The translations under genes and the position numbers were made by a program. Under the pieces are notes generated by a model, which did no database searches, was not told the DNA's origin, and saw nothing but the letters and a program-made list of their open reading frames with translations. 64,000 nucleotides of DNA from Eledone cirrhosa (taxonomy: Eukaryota), in the NCBI GenBank assembly GCA_964016885.1, contig OZ024742.1:99324001-99388000 (forward strand), given 5' to 3'. Shown here piece after piece: positions 42,020 through 56,726 of this stretch; the first letter of the stretch is position 1; each line of letters opens with the position of its first letter.

Positions 42020-42170
42020 CGAAAAGAGTCAGGACCCCCACGGCAGAGCTCAAGTCGTTTCGACTGCAATTTCTGGACTCGGTCCAGAACTGAGTTACCA
42101 GTCAGAACTGAAGATCCGCATAAAGTGAAACAATTGTTCTTGGTATGGTGAACTAACGGTTGTGTCACTA

Positions 42171-42172
<2 letters not shown>
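42020..42172 (+). mobile_element. Hammerhead-bearing fragment of the 6310-6515 family
   Basis: CTGAAGA (42108-42114)..GAAACAATTGTTCTTGG and downstream sequence match 6382-6446; stem I and II degraded; between (AT)n tracts. Confidence 0.6.
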
Positions 42173-42248
<76 letters not shown>

Positions 42249-42251
<3 letters not shown>

Positions 42252-43600
42252 CCTTATAACCTAGCCAGAAGGATTTGCACAATAGTTTCAGATCAATACA
42301 CATGCTACACACAACTAGAAGAATTAAAAAACACACTTATCAGCAGAAACTACCCATCATCCCTAATCACCAATGGATTCCAACGTGCCCTAAAACTAGA
42401 CATCCAGGAACTCAGACACCCCAAACCCAGGAATGAACCGCAACAAAAAACTCTACCATACATCTCCTCACACAACCTCCTCAACAATGAGGCATTCGAC
42501 ACCATCCTCCAGAACATTCCTTTACTAAAAAGAGACCCAAGAATGAACAAAATCCTCCAAACACACAACATCATAAAGAGCAAAAGACAACCTAAATCCA
42601 TAAAAAACATACTCACTCAAGCCAAATCCAACAAATCCTCACAATGTATCCTACAGTAACAAAATGCGGAAGGCCCATCTGTGGCATATGCATAAATCTA
42701 ATAGAAGGTTCAACATTCCATTTTAAACAAGGACAGCGTTTCACAGTTAAACACAACTTTACATGTGCATCTGAAAACCTAATCTATGTTTTGACCTGCT
42801 AAGGTTGTCACGATCACTACATAGGACAGACAAAAAACAGCCTCCGTCAACGTATGACCGTCCATAAAACACAAATTAAAATACAGGAATACAGAAGGAT
42901 TGCATTTAGTGAACATATCGCCAATTGTGCTCACAACCAACATCCAAACTTTAAAATGTTCCCCATTTACAAATTCATAGACAACGCTACTTTCATGCAA
43001 CGTACCAATAAGGAAACATATTTCATTAACAAATTTCAACCTCTACTTGATGCCCTAAAAATCGGACCAATCTAAAATTGCAACAAACAATCAAACATTT
43101 ACAAGAGTTACCTCCCTCACACGCTACCTAATCCTTTTTCTTGAATAAATTAAATATCATCCAGCAAGAATTGCTTCCCCCTGCATATTAACTCTCTAAA
43201 AACGGAAATCATATCAAACCTCAGTTCACTATTTGCCTCCATCAAGGAATCATGGATCAACTAAGCACTCTTTCTATATTAACACATTTTGATCTGCAAT
43301 AACTATGCCTGTAAATAACATTATTTTTTCTTCCACATTGACCTTGTTATGCTCTACAGTAAGCACGTTTTTTTTCCTTTTACTTTTTTCTTTTCACTTC
43401 ATAAACCTTGTTTGTAAATAACATTATTCTTTCTGCACCTTCTGTTTAACATGTGCCACACTACACTAATACATTTCACTATCATTTGATAATGCATAAA
43501 AATGCTGAAACAGGTAATAGACAATTATTAAATATATAAATAGATAAATAAATGCCATTGTTGAATAATAAATAAATCAACTAATACCGTAACACTTCAC
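42249..43600 (+). mobile_element. Penelope-like element, 5'-truncated (RT C-terminus, Cys linker, GIY-YIG, pLTR)
   Basis: IPYNLARRICTIVSD, RNYP, C..C, LIYVLTC..YIGQT..LRQRMTVH and ETYFINKF; degenerate hammerhead TTGATAA..GCAT-AAAA-ATGC..GAAACAGGTA at 43486-43520. Confidence 0.9.
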
Positions 43601-43712
43601 ACAAAGTAAAACATTTCGTTTTTATCATTTTCTAACCCAGAAAAAAAAGAGAGAGAAACAAAAAAGGAAAAAAAAATATCTTTCATCCTAATAATCGTCT
43701 CTTATTCCCTGT

Positions 43713-43772
<60 letters not shown>

Positions 43773-43818
43773 AAAAAAGATGAAATCGAAAATGCAACTG
43801 GAGTCTTTTTCTCACATG

Positions 43819-43867
<49 letters not shown>

Positions 43868-43907
43868 ACAGGAGGCTGGACTGGTGTAAATCCTTGAAAG
43901 GTTTATT

Positions 43908-43965
43908 ATACTATGATCATTTCAATGACCGGGTTCCGTATGAATCCGGTGATATCATCAGGTAT
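43908..43965 (-). ncRNA. Type I hammerhead ribozyme
   Basis: Reverse complement: ATAC-CTGATGA-tatcACCGG..CCGGTcatt-GAAA-TGATCA-TA-GTAT, then AATAAA; palindromic stem III ATGATCAT. Confidence 0.75.
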
Positions 43966-44118
43966 TCGAAATATAATAAAGGAATATAACAGATAAAATC
44001 CATGGGGCTGAAAATCATGGACAAGTGGACGACCGACCATCTAGTATCTTCTACTTTAGTCAGTCGCCCATATATATAGATATTTTTTTTGTATTACAGT
44101 ATGTGTGTCCCTACGTGA

Positions 44119-44395
44119 AGGGGTGTGGCTAATTAGTTATAGCATTGAGCTCTCAATCATAAGATTGTGGGTTCCATTCCCGTATAAGCGGTGGGTTCTG
44201 TCTCTGAGCAAGCCAGTTTATATGTTGCACCAGTTTACTAAACTGCACGGAGTTAGTTTCGATCTCACTGGATCCCAACTCTATCGGACATTCCCATTCC
44301 CGTAAACATCTTCGGTGACATGCTGTGGGGAGACTGGTAGGTAAGGTCGACTGCTGGTCTTCAACAAAAGTACCTTGTCCGGAGGGGAATATACT
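44119..44395 (+). mobile_element. Old tRNA-derived SINE of a different (CORE-like) family
   Basis: GTGGCTAATTAGTT A-box-like, GGTTCCATTCCC B-box-like, followed by CTGAGCAAG. Confidence 0.55.
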
Positions 44396-44454
44396 TGATG
44401 CAAAGCTATTGTCATTCGAGACTGAAGGGGGAAAACGAAACACACATGCACTCA

Positions 44455-44469
44455 TATATATACATAAAT

Positions 44470-44500
<31 letters not shown>

Positions 44501-44794
44501 CACTTAGACATACATGCCCAAACCCTTTTAAAGGGAGACAACCCTTTATCCACCTAACCTTCACTCTTTGACATTAGAATTAGAATGGAATTTCTTTACT
44601 ATTTCCTGTCAGCATGACTTGGCAAACTAATTAGAACACTGGATTAACCCCTTTACTTCCCTCCGAAGAAGAGATATTATCTCGAAAATTAAGGATATTC
44701 AAATAAATTTAAGGTAAAAGACTAATTGTCAGCTATATCTGTTGCATTTGTATTTATATTCTATATCCATTGTTCTGGCCTTCTAGCTCCAAAC

Positions 44795-44842
<48 letters not shown>

Positions 44843-45319
44843 GTTTGGAGCTAGAAGGCCAGAACAATGCAGGTATGGATATAGAATATAAATACAAATG
44901 CAAAAGATATAGCTGACAATTAGTCTTTTACCTTAAATTTATTTGAATATCCTTAATTTTCGAGATAATATCTCTTCTTCGGAGGGAAGTAAAGGGGTTA
45001 ATCCAGTGTTCTAATTAGCTTGCCAAGTCATGCTGACAGGAAATAGTAAAGAAATTCCATTCTAATTCTAATGTCAAAGAGTGAAGGTTAGGTGGATAAA
45101 GGGTTGTCTCCCTTTAAAAGGGTTTGGACATGTATGTCTAAGTGTGTGTGGGAGAATACGTGAAGGAGTAAGCATACGTGTGTGCGTGTATGTGTGTATG
45201 TGTGTGAGTGTGAGAGGACATGTTTATATGTAAATGTGGGGGGGGGGGTAGATGCTCTATCATGTTAAAACTGGTCTGTGTGTGTATGTGTGTGTGAGAG
45301 AGAGAATAAGTGAAGGTGT

Positions 45320-45359
<40 letters not shown>

Positions 45360-47360
45360 GGGTACGTGGAGGTCTAAGTGTGGGGCTAGGTGCTCTATCA
45401 TGTTAGAAATTGGGTGTTGAGTTCTAGTCTGTTATTGATTGTTGGTTGTGTTTTGTTTATAAGTGCATTATTAATTCTAAGAATGCCGAAGTTTCTTTCC
45501 TTAGCTTCTATCCTAATTCTTGTGTTTTTGTCGGTGTTTTTTGCATTTCACTAGGTCCTTCTTAAATGAGGAAGCGTTAGTGTTGAGGTGTTCTTTTATA
45601 CTTATGTGAAGTGGTCTGGTGGTGCTACCTATGTAGAAATTGTTGCATTTGTCGTACTCTAATCTGTATACGACGTAAGCCTGGTGGCATAGGTCTGTGT
45701 CGTCGATGGGGCAGTTGGCTAGCCTGCAGCGGCTGTCATATCTGGTAGAGTGTCTTTCGGTTAGCTGTCCGCATAGAGAAGGTCCTAAGTGGGCTAGCTG
45801 GATATCTAGACCCTCTCGTCTGGTAGCTCTGCGGATGGCTGTTGTTGTTTCGTCACTGAAGTGTGGGAGCTTTAGGAAGCAGGTATTAGTACCTCGGGTG
45901 TGGTGTTCTCTCTTGTTTCTGGCACGGTTCCTGGTGGACGTCGGGTATCCGTTCAGGTTAAGTACTTCCAGGAAATGTGTGGTGTGTGTGTCCTGGTTCT
46001 TGCGTCGGTGCATTTATTCTGGATACATGGTAGTTTGTTCCTTATGCTTCTGAACTTAGCGCTGACTATTAAGGCTGATCTGAAATGTACGAACAGGTCC
46101 CTGTTGGCGGCTTTTTGATAGAAACAGGTGTGGATGTCACCTTCCTCTGTTACCCTGAGTTGGAAGTCCAATAGGGTTAGGGATCCGCGGTCATCGGGGT
46201 GTTCCATGTTGAACTTTATATTGGAAGTATTTAAACTGAACGGATACCTGAAATACACCACGAACCGTGCCAGAAACAACAGAGAACACCACACCCGAGG
46301 CGCTAACACCTGCTTCCTGAAGCTCCCACACTTCAGTGACGAAACAACAACAGCCATCCGCAGAGCTATCAGACGAGAGGGACTAGATATCCAGCTAGCC
46401 CACGCAGGACCTTCTCTACGCGGACAGCTAACCAAAAGACATTCCACCAGACATGACAGCTGCTGCAGGCTAGCCAACTGCCCCATCGACGACACAGACT
46501 TATGCCACCAGGCTTACGTCGTATACTGATTAGAGTGCGACAAATGCAGCAATTTCTACGTAGGTAGCACCACCAGAACACTTCACATTAGAATAAAAGA
46601 ACACCTCAACACTAACGCTTCCTCATTTAAGAAACACCTAGTGAAATGCAAAAACACTGACAAAAACATAATAGTAAGGATAGAAGCTAAGGAAAGAAAC
46701 CTCGGCTATCTTAGAATTAAAGAAGCACTTATTATAGACAAAACACAACCACCAATCAATAACAGACACCCAATTTCTAACATGACTGAGCACCTAGCCC
46801 CACACTTACACCTCCACTTACCCTCACACACACACACGTACACTCACACACACACACGCTTACACCTTCACTTATTCTCTCTCTCACACATACATACACA
46901 CACATAGACATGATAGAGCATCTAGCCCCCCATATTTACATATAAACATGTCCTCTCGCACTCACACGCACACACGCGCATGCTTACACCTTCACCTATT
47001 CTCCCACACACACTTAGACATACATGTCCTAACAATTTTAAAGGGAGACAACCCTTTATCCACCTAACCTTCACTCTTTGACATTAGAAATAGAATGGAA
47101 TTTTTTTACTATTTCCTGTCAGCATGACTTGGCAAGCTAATTAGAACACTAGATTAACCCCTTTACTTCCCTCCGAAGAACAGATATTATCTTGAAAATT
47201 AAGGATATTCAAATAAATTTAAGGTAAAAGACTCATTGTCAGCAATATCTTTTGCACATGTATTTATATTCTATATCCATACCTGCATCGTTTTAGCCTT
47301 CTAACTCCAAATGTTTATACCTAATTACGCAATGCTTCAAGTAATCTGCAATTTCCTCCT
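44455..47360. mobile_element. Three-segment Penelope-like complex (+/-/+)
   Basis: pLTR (+) 44455-44797; (AT)n; pLTR-GIY-YIG-RT end (-) 44836-46220 (LLDFQL, FYQK); inverted GIY-YIG-pLTR (+) 46220-47360; CCGAAGA hammerhead-like motifs at 44658-44695, 44950-44987 and 47168-47205. Confidence 0.93.
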
Positions 47361-47372
47361 ATATATATATAC

Positions 47373-47409
<37 letters not shown>

Positions 47410-47532
47410 CACAGCCAAAGCTTCGATTTTACTAAGCTTCCACTGGTATTATTTTCTCCTAGACTTAATAATTAATTAATTAATTAATTTAATTAGACAA
47501 TTCGGTTTGTTGGTTAATTATTTGTGTTTGTT

Positions 47533-47690
47533 TAATAACTGTTTCTACTTTTGGCACAAGGCCAGCAATTAACCAGTGTATTACTGGTACTTTATTTTAT
47601 CGACCCCGTAAGGATGAAAGGCAAAGTTAACCTCGGCGGGATTTGAACTCAGAACTTAAAGGGACGTACCTATGCTAGAAAGCATGTGTT
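47533..47690 (-). mobile_element. tRNA-derived SINE
   Basis: Same consensus, minus strand. Confidence 0.9.
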
Positions 47691-48210
47691 TGTTTAATAA
47701 CGTCTGGTTGAGAGGTTTTTATTGGGAATGTTGAACGGAAATATTTTTTCCTTTGTTAACACTTTGAATTTACCCGCCAAAAACGGAGGGTTGCTTCCCT
47801 TGTTGGAAATAACACGTGACAACGAAATGTTTGAAGGCTGTCTATTGTGGCGGTCGCATTTAGTTTGTTCACACCATTTTGAGGCAACATGCCTGTTAAT
47901 GATATGAATCCCCTGTTCGATCATGGAATACCACAAGCTTACGTGTTACGTAAGTTGGATAGATGATTTCGATTTCATAGAAACATATCGGACGTATTGC
48001 AGAATATCGTCCGATCTGTCCGGGTCTGTTTTAACCTGATTAGTTCTTTCGTTGTTTTGGTATTGTAGGGTTGGGTTTTGCCTACCGCAATTTTCAATTT
48101 GTCAAGCTATTTAAACGTATGGTATTACTCTAAGGACCTATTGAGTGCTTTGCTACTCATTCCGTGTGTTTACATGTGTCTGTATATATATACACAGTAG
48201 TATTAGTAGC

Positions 48211-48269
<59 letters not shown>

Positions 48270-49002
48270 AGGTTGTTGTTGTTGTAGTAGTAAATACAAA
48301 GATCCAATCCAGGCAAGATTCATAAACCTGTGGAGCAAATATTTATTATTAGCACAATTTCTTCTTTCACCCTAAAGAGGATTCTTGTGTATATAATATA
48401 TAAAGTGTTATGTGTGTCGGATTGGCTGGGTTACTCATTTTCAATTCTGTCAACCGCGAACATGAGTCAACTCCTTTCTGTTGCTTTGCGAAAAGGCTTT
48501 AGGACATATGATATAATATCATTGTTTGAAAAGCTAGAATGCTGCTATTAAATTATATAATATTTTTGTTTTCAAATTGCAGAGACTGATGGCGGTTCTA
48601 GCAACAAATGTTGTGTTGGTCTGGCTTCCAGCAATTATACATGTGCTACGTTTGTTGTTCTGAAAATTATTGTCTGAGGTGAACACATCTCTGTCCATTC
48701 TCTCCTACAGCATTGTTCTACTTTTTTTGGTTCTAATTGATTTCTATTTTAATTTTACTTATATTTACTTAAACGTTAGGACTGATCATATGTCTGCGTC
48801 TGGAAAGTTCTTTTGCGAGTTAGCACCAGTGTCTCATTTTTGACAGCCAAGTCCGTACAGGACATTATTTACCGTTTTCTTGATTTGTTATTGATTTCAT
48901 TAACGATTAAGATTAGTTTTGTTTTAAATAATTTTCTCTATATATATATTTCAATTGGACATTCTGTCACTATTCTATATATCACGGGTGCATTATTACA
49001 TG

Positions 49003-49188
49003 CGGTGGATTGGCAGTATCGGTAGAGGGCTGGGCACCATGATTTGCAGCAAAGAGTTACGGCCTTTTATGGTCTGAGTTCAAATCCCGCCTAGGTAAAC
49101 TTTGCCTTTCATCCTTACGTGGTCGATAAGGTAGCAGTAATACACTGGATTAATTGCTGGCCTTGTGCCAAAAGTAGAAACAATTATT
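49003..49188 (+). mobile_element. tRNA-derived SINE, full length
   Basis: GCGGTGGATTGGCAGTATCGG head, B box, core and tail. Confidence 0.9.
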
Positions 49189-50087
49189 ACATGCATCGGA
49201 TTTTCATTTTTCATAAACTCTATGCTGCCGGATTCCTTTTTTGGGGGGGAAATTTCTCCTTTGTTTTATCTTTGAGAGGACCATTCACTCGGTGGGGAAG
49301 ACACCCTGTCAATTTTAATTACATAAATATTTCTATATTTGATATTCCTAATTTCCATCTTTAGAATGTTACGATCTGAAATGGTTTTCTTCCTTTTTAC
49401 TCATATTTTCTTTTCTGTCCTCGTTCTGGTTTTTAATTGTAATGCCTCTATATCCTTTTTAACAATCTTTTTCATAGGCTTTTCACGTTGCTTGTACTTC
49501 CCGTCTGTATTCATTGGTTTCAATGTTATGTTTCTATGTCTGATGTACCTTTTTCCTTGATGAGGTATCTTCATAAATTAGATGTTTTTCTTTTAAACAC
49601 CTACTGCTGTTTATGCAGGCGATGTAGAAGGTGTAGTCTGTAGGTGAATTTGATTTCGTGTTTCATCACGATGTAAAAAAATTATTTTCATAGTTAGATA
49701 TTGACCGTTCCTTTGAAAGAGTAATTATATTTCAATCAACGGGGAAATACATAAATGTTATAAACTTACATGTATGTACACAAGGTGGATATATAGTAAT
49801 TCACGAAATATCAGTTACATGTACAGATGTGTATATATGGCGTATTTGTAATTTTACTGGGGTATTGAATATATACACTCAGAAGTGTATTGTGAAGCAG
49901 TGAAAAGAATTTTTAATACCTTTAAGTAGAGTAGACGTGTTTTCATTCAAATCTGAGACTTTACAATTTGCGACACTGTGTAGCACTTTATCGAACGTCA
50001 AGTGACTAATAACTTTGGTAAACAGCCATATTTCTTTAGATATTAGACCGGTATGGAGACAGTTGTGAATATATATATATATATATA

Positions 50088-50167
50088 GAAGAAGAAGAAG
50101 AAGAAGAAGAAGAAGAAGAAGAAGAAGAAGAAGAAGAAGAAGAAGAAGAAGAAGAAGAAGAAGAAGA
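50088..50167. repeat. (GAA)n microsatellite
   Basis: Direct reading of the sequence. Confidence 0.95.
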
Positions 50168-50554
50168 TCAACAACAACGGTAAAGGTGGTCGATATATAT
50201 ATATTCATAAAATGCACGCGCAGTTGCTATAAACCATGCATAAAAAAACAGACACATACAAAAATACATACATAAATGCACACCTTAATACAATATTTTC
50301 ATACATATATGTATACGTACATGCACACACGTATGCATACATACATACATACATATATACATACATGTATGCAAGTACGTGCATACACAATCACTGCGGT
50401 TACGCAAAACACAGGACATCATTTAGTGAAGGCTTTTCAAAAATCTCACCACGATCTTCACCGAGCGTTGTGGATCACACATCAATTTGAAATCAAACCT
50501 TAAGGGAATGCACACATATATACTCATATATATATATACATATATACATCATTT

Positions 50555-50614
<60 letters not shown>

Positions 50615-50737
50615 GTGTGTGTGTGTGTGTGTGTGTACATGTGTCTATATATATATATATATATGTGTGTGTGTATGTATGTATGTGTGTGTACATGTGT
50701 CTGTATATATATGTGTGTGTGTGTGTGTACATGTGTC

Positions 50738-50774
<37 letters not shown>

Positions 50775-50819
50775 ATGTGTGTGTACATGTGTCTATGTAT
50801 ATATATATATATATATATA

Positions 50820-50855
<36 letters not shown>

Positions 50856-50875
50856 CATGTGTATGTATATATATA

Positions 50876-50906
<31 letters not shown>

Positions 50907-50939
50907 GTGTGTGTATCTGTGTATGTGTGTGTACATGTG

Positions 50940-50970
<31 letters not shown>

Positions 50971-51093
50971 GAAGACAAACAGAATATTCGAAAATATTCT
51001 GTATGTTTATAATAAACATTTTGAAGACCTAATCGCTATAGAATAGAATACGTCACGTATTACAATTTGAGATTCTCGATAAAAGCAAGGGAA

Positions 51094-51136
51094 GTAACCT
51101 ACGCGTTTCATTCTTATTAGAAATCATCAGGATTAC
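51094..51136 (-). ncRNA. Type I hammerhead ribozyme with extended stem I
   Basis: Reverse complement: GTAATC-CTGATGA-T-TTCT-AATA-AGAA-T-GAAA-CGCG-TA-GGTTAC; GUA triplet; flanked by a 16-bp inverted repeat 51072-51087 / 51145-51160. Confidence 0.85.
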
Positions 51137-51233
51137 ATATCCAATGCTTTTATCGAGAATGACACTTATAGAATACTTAGCTGTGTACAGGAACTGGTTT
51201 GAAAGAGTGGTAGCCGGTCCGGCAGAAATTAGA

Positions 51234-51315
51234 ATTTGGATTTAATGCTCTGAAATAGCGATATATATGTGACGACAAACATATATATCGCTATTTCAGA
51301 GCATTAAATCCAAAT
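51234..51315. repeat. Hairpin with arms of about 36 bp
   Basis: ATTTGGATTTAATGCTCTGAAATAGCGATATATATGT followed by its reverse complement. Confidence 0.9.
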
Positions 51316-51374
51316 ATATATATATATGTGTGTGTGTGTGTGTATGGGTGTGTACATGTGTCTGTATATATATT

Positions 51375-51406
<32 letters not shown>

Positions 51407-51458
51407 CGTGTATATATGTGTGTGTATGTGTGTGTGCATGTGTGTGTACATGGGTCTG

Positions 51459-53421
<1,963 letters not shown>

Positions 53422-53446
53422 GTGTGTGTGTGTGTGTGTGTGTATG

Positions 53447-53586
<140 letters not shown>

Positions 53587-54278
53587 CAGACACATGTAAA
53601 CACACGGTGACTGTAACACATAAACATAAAAATGTATGGATAGCAACTACAGTATTTCCAGCTTCATACTCGTATCCAGCATTAACAGCATCAGCAGTAA
53701 TAAGGGAAAGCTACAAACGCAATCAAGTTTCCTTTAGTTTCTTACTGGATTTGCACATGAAAACTTTTCCACCATGCCAGTCACCAGTTATCATCCTGCT
53801 CCTCTTCTATGGCGATGTAGGGGACATTGTTATGCGGTTGAGCTGGTTGACATACATTACTTAGAAATGAAACTGAAGCACGCCTCTGCATGCAAAACAG
53901 GTTGTATGCTAAATTGAATTACTGCTTCGTAAGTTACTGGCATGAAAATTATTCGGACAAGAGAATATAAAGAAGTGAAGAAGGAAAAGGATTGTAAAAG
54001 AAGTGGGGCCTATGGTTTGTGGTCACTTTGGGAACCTTAAGTGAGTGTGATTTTTGATAATTTGGATGATAATAATGTAATACATGCATGTAGCATGCAA
54101 CCATGCAGATATATATATTTATATATGCATACATACTCATATATATATGTGTGTGTGCTGATATTGATCCCTTTTCCGTTCAGTAGTAATACACGTTCCA
54201 TAGTATTATAGGCAAAAATATTACAGCGAATGCTACTATTTCTATTTCAATTCTAAACTACGCTCTCCGCGTTCCAAA

Positions 54279-54313
<35 letters not shown>

Positions 54314-54314
<1 letters not shown>

Positions 54315-55237
54315 AGTTGCATTTATCTTGCTTTATGTTCATACGAGTTATCACCAAGTCACAACCAGTGACCTCAAGAGACAACAAGGTCCGCCATGTT
54401 CAAGAAAGAACATACATACTCACACATGCATCTTTAGTGTTTAGACTTGTGATGTAATTATATTGACAGAATCTTCCTTAGTATATGGGCAGTTCCCATT
54501 AGTACTATCTTTTGTATTTCTCCTATACGCGGGTTTCCTGGGATTTGCGATAAGTAATCATTAGACCCCTTAGGTATCATTCCCAGAATGCCTACAGCCA
54601 CTGGTATTGTTTTAGTTCTCAATTTCCACATTTTTCCAATTTCTATCTCCAGGTCCTTATACTTGTTCAATTTTTCAAATGTTTTTATAGATACATTCTT
54701 GTCTATTGGAACAGACATATCAATTAGCAGGCATACCCTCTTTTTAAAGTCCTTCAATATTATATCAGGTCTATTTGCATCTATTTTTCGGTCGGTTTGG
54801 ATGTTAAAGTTCCACAAGATTGAGATGTGATCTTTTTCAAGTATGAGAGGTGGTTGATGCTCCCACCAATTCTTTTGATGGGGCAGGTCAAAATGCTTAC
54901 ACATTATCCAATGTATGTATTGTGCAGCTCTGTCATGCCTGTTTAGGTATTCGGTTGGAGCTATAGGACTGCACATTGAAATTATATGGTCAATGGTCTC
55001 TGGTTGTTTTTTACATACACGGCATAATGGGCTGCATCCATTTTTTATTATGTTGGCTTGGTAATTTTTTGTTGGCAGACACTGATCTTGTGCTGATATA
55101 ATCAGTCCTTCAGTCTCCGATTTCAGTCCAGAGGATGCCAACCACTGATGGGTTAAAGTTTTGTCAACATCAGGATTGTTAGCTCGCTCTGGGTATTTTC
55201 CATACAGAGGCTGTTCTTGCCATTTCTTAGCCAGTTT
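54314..55237 (-). mobile_element. R4/Dong-like RLE LINE family A, 5'-truncated
   Basis: CRVC..ETIDHIISMC, RHD, NRPDI and EK..KY; bounded by (ATT)n; near-identical to the 3' end of 56727-60688. Confidence 0.93.
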
Positions 55238-55267
55238 ATTATTATTATTATTATTATTATTTTATTA

Positions 55268-56696
55268 CTCCTTGAGTCTCAGTCATTGATGTTAGTTAAC
55301 TGGAAAGTCCGTTGGAATGAATATCAAGCCACTACCTGCAGCCTCAGATATTCAGGACGTATCGGAGGGTTCTTGCTGTTCCCAGCAAGCATGCCTTTTG
55401 AAGCGTTCCAAAAAGCGTAAAGGGGCCGATTTTCTTTAAGCATCCCTGGAAACTTTTGGAGATAGTCCCCAGTGCGCCTATGACAATCGGGATCACTTTG
55501 ACTTCATGGCAGTTCCAAATCCTTTTTTACCTCCCACTTTAAGTCCTGGTATCGGTTAATTTTCTCCCTCTCCTTCTCTTGCACTCTCGTGTCGAATGGG
55601 CAGGCCACATCCACAATCAGGCACGATCTTTTTTCTTTGTCCACAACCACCAGGTCAGGTCTATTGTGTTCCAGTTTCTTGTCCGTCTGTATCCTAAAAT
55701 CCCACAGCACCTTCACCTGATCGTTCTCTATCACCGCCTCTGGCTTATGCTCATACCATTTCTCAGAATGTGGTAAACTGTTTACTTTGCACAGGTGTCA
55801 GTGGATCACCCTGCCCATCACATCATGTCTCCAGCCCTTATAGTGGGTCTGGGCTAGGTGTTTACACTCGGATACAATGTGAGCCACAGTCTCTTCTCTC
55901 TCTCCACAGATCCTGCACAGTGGGCTAGCCTCCTCCTTGTAAATATGGTGTTTCAACGACTTCGTTTTGAGGGCCTGCTCCTGCGCTGCCATTAACATTC
56001 CTTCTGTAGCCTTTTTAAGGTCTCCTCTTCTCAACCAGTTCCATGTCTGTGGTTCTCTAAATTCAGTTTTCTCAAAGAAGGTACTATGAAGGGATTTTTC
56101 CTGGAGGCTGTTCTTTCTCCTTGATGTTATTTCCTCCTTGGACATCCCCTGGCCTATTGTCCCCTCCTTCAGTACAGTTCTGAGCATTGGCTCCTTACTA
56201 TCAGTCACGTATTTGTGTAGGTTGTTTTTCTCCATCCGAACACAGTCCTCTATGCTGATAAGACCTCTTCCACCCTCAGATCTCCTTAAGTAGAGTCTAT
56301 CGACATCACTCCTCTTATGGAACATGTTGTAGATAGTCAATAGCTTCCTAGTCTTCCTATCCATTTCTTTTTGTTCAGCAACATTCCATCTCAGAATTCT
56401 GGCACTGTACCTAATAATAGACACAGCTCGGGAATTTACTGCGCTTATGGCATTTCTGCTGTTCAGATGTGACTTCAATACGCTCCTTACTCTCCGAATG
56501 TATTCAGTTCTTAACAATTCCTTCATTTTTTTTTGTTCTTTATGCCATCAGCCTCCAGAACGCCCAAATACTTGTATCCTTCCTCAGAGTCAATTTCCTT
56601 TATCATCTCACCTGTTGGTATCTGGATTCCGTTACTTCTGCTCAACCTACCCCTCCTCATCACAATGACTCCACACTTACTAATACCAAACTGCAT
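55268..56696 (-). mobile_element. R4/Dong-like RLE LINE family B, 5'-truncated
   Basis: YKYLG-like motif, RLYLRRSEGGRGL, CRIC..ETVAHIVSEC, RHD and NRPDL; bounded by (ATT)n. Confidence 0.93.
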
Positions 56697-56726
56697 ACAT
56701 ATATCACATTATTATTATTATTATTA

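Noticed and set aside
44225-44320. Minus-strand GAAACTA..TAGTA stem III look-alike
   Set aside because: It lies antisense within an old SINE and has no properly placed CUGANGA.
48560-48960. Possible zinc-knuckle remnant (YNCWKPDQHNIC) on the minus strand
   Set aside because: Needs a frameshift and has wrong spacing; too weak to call.
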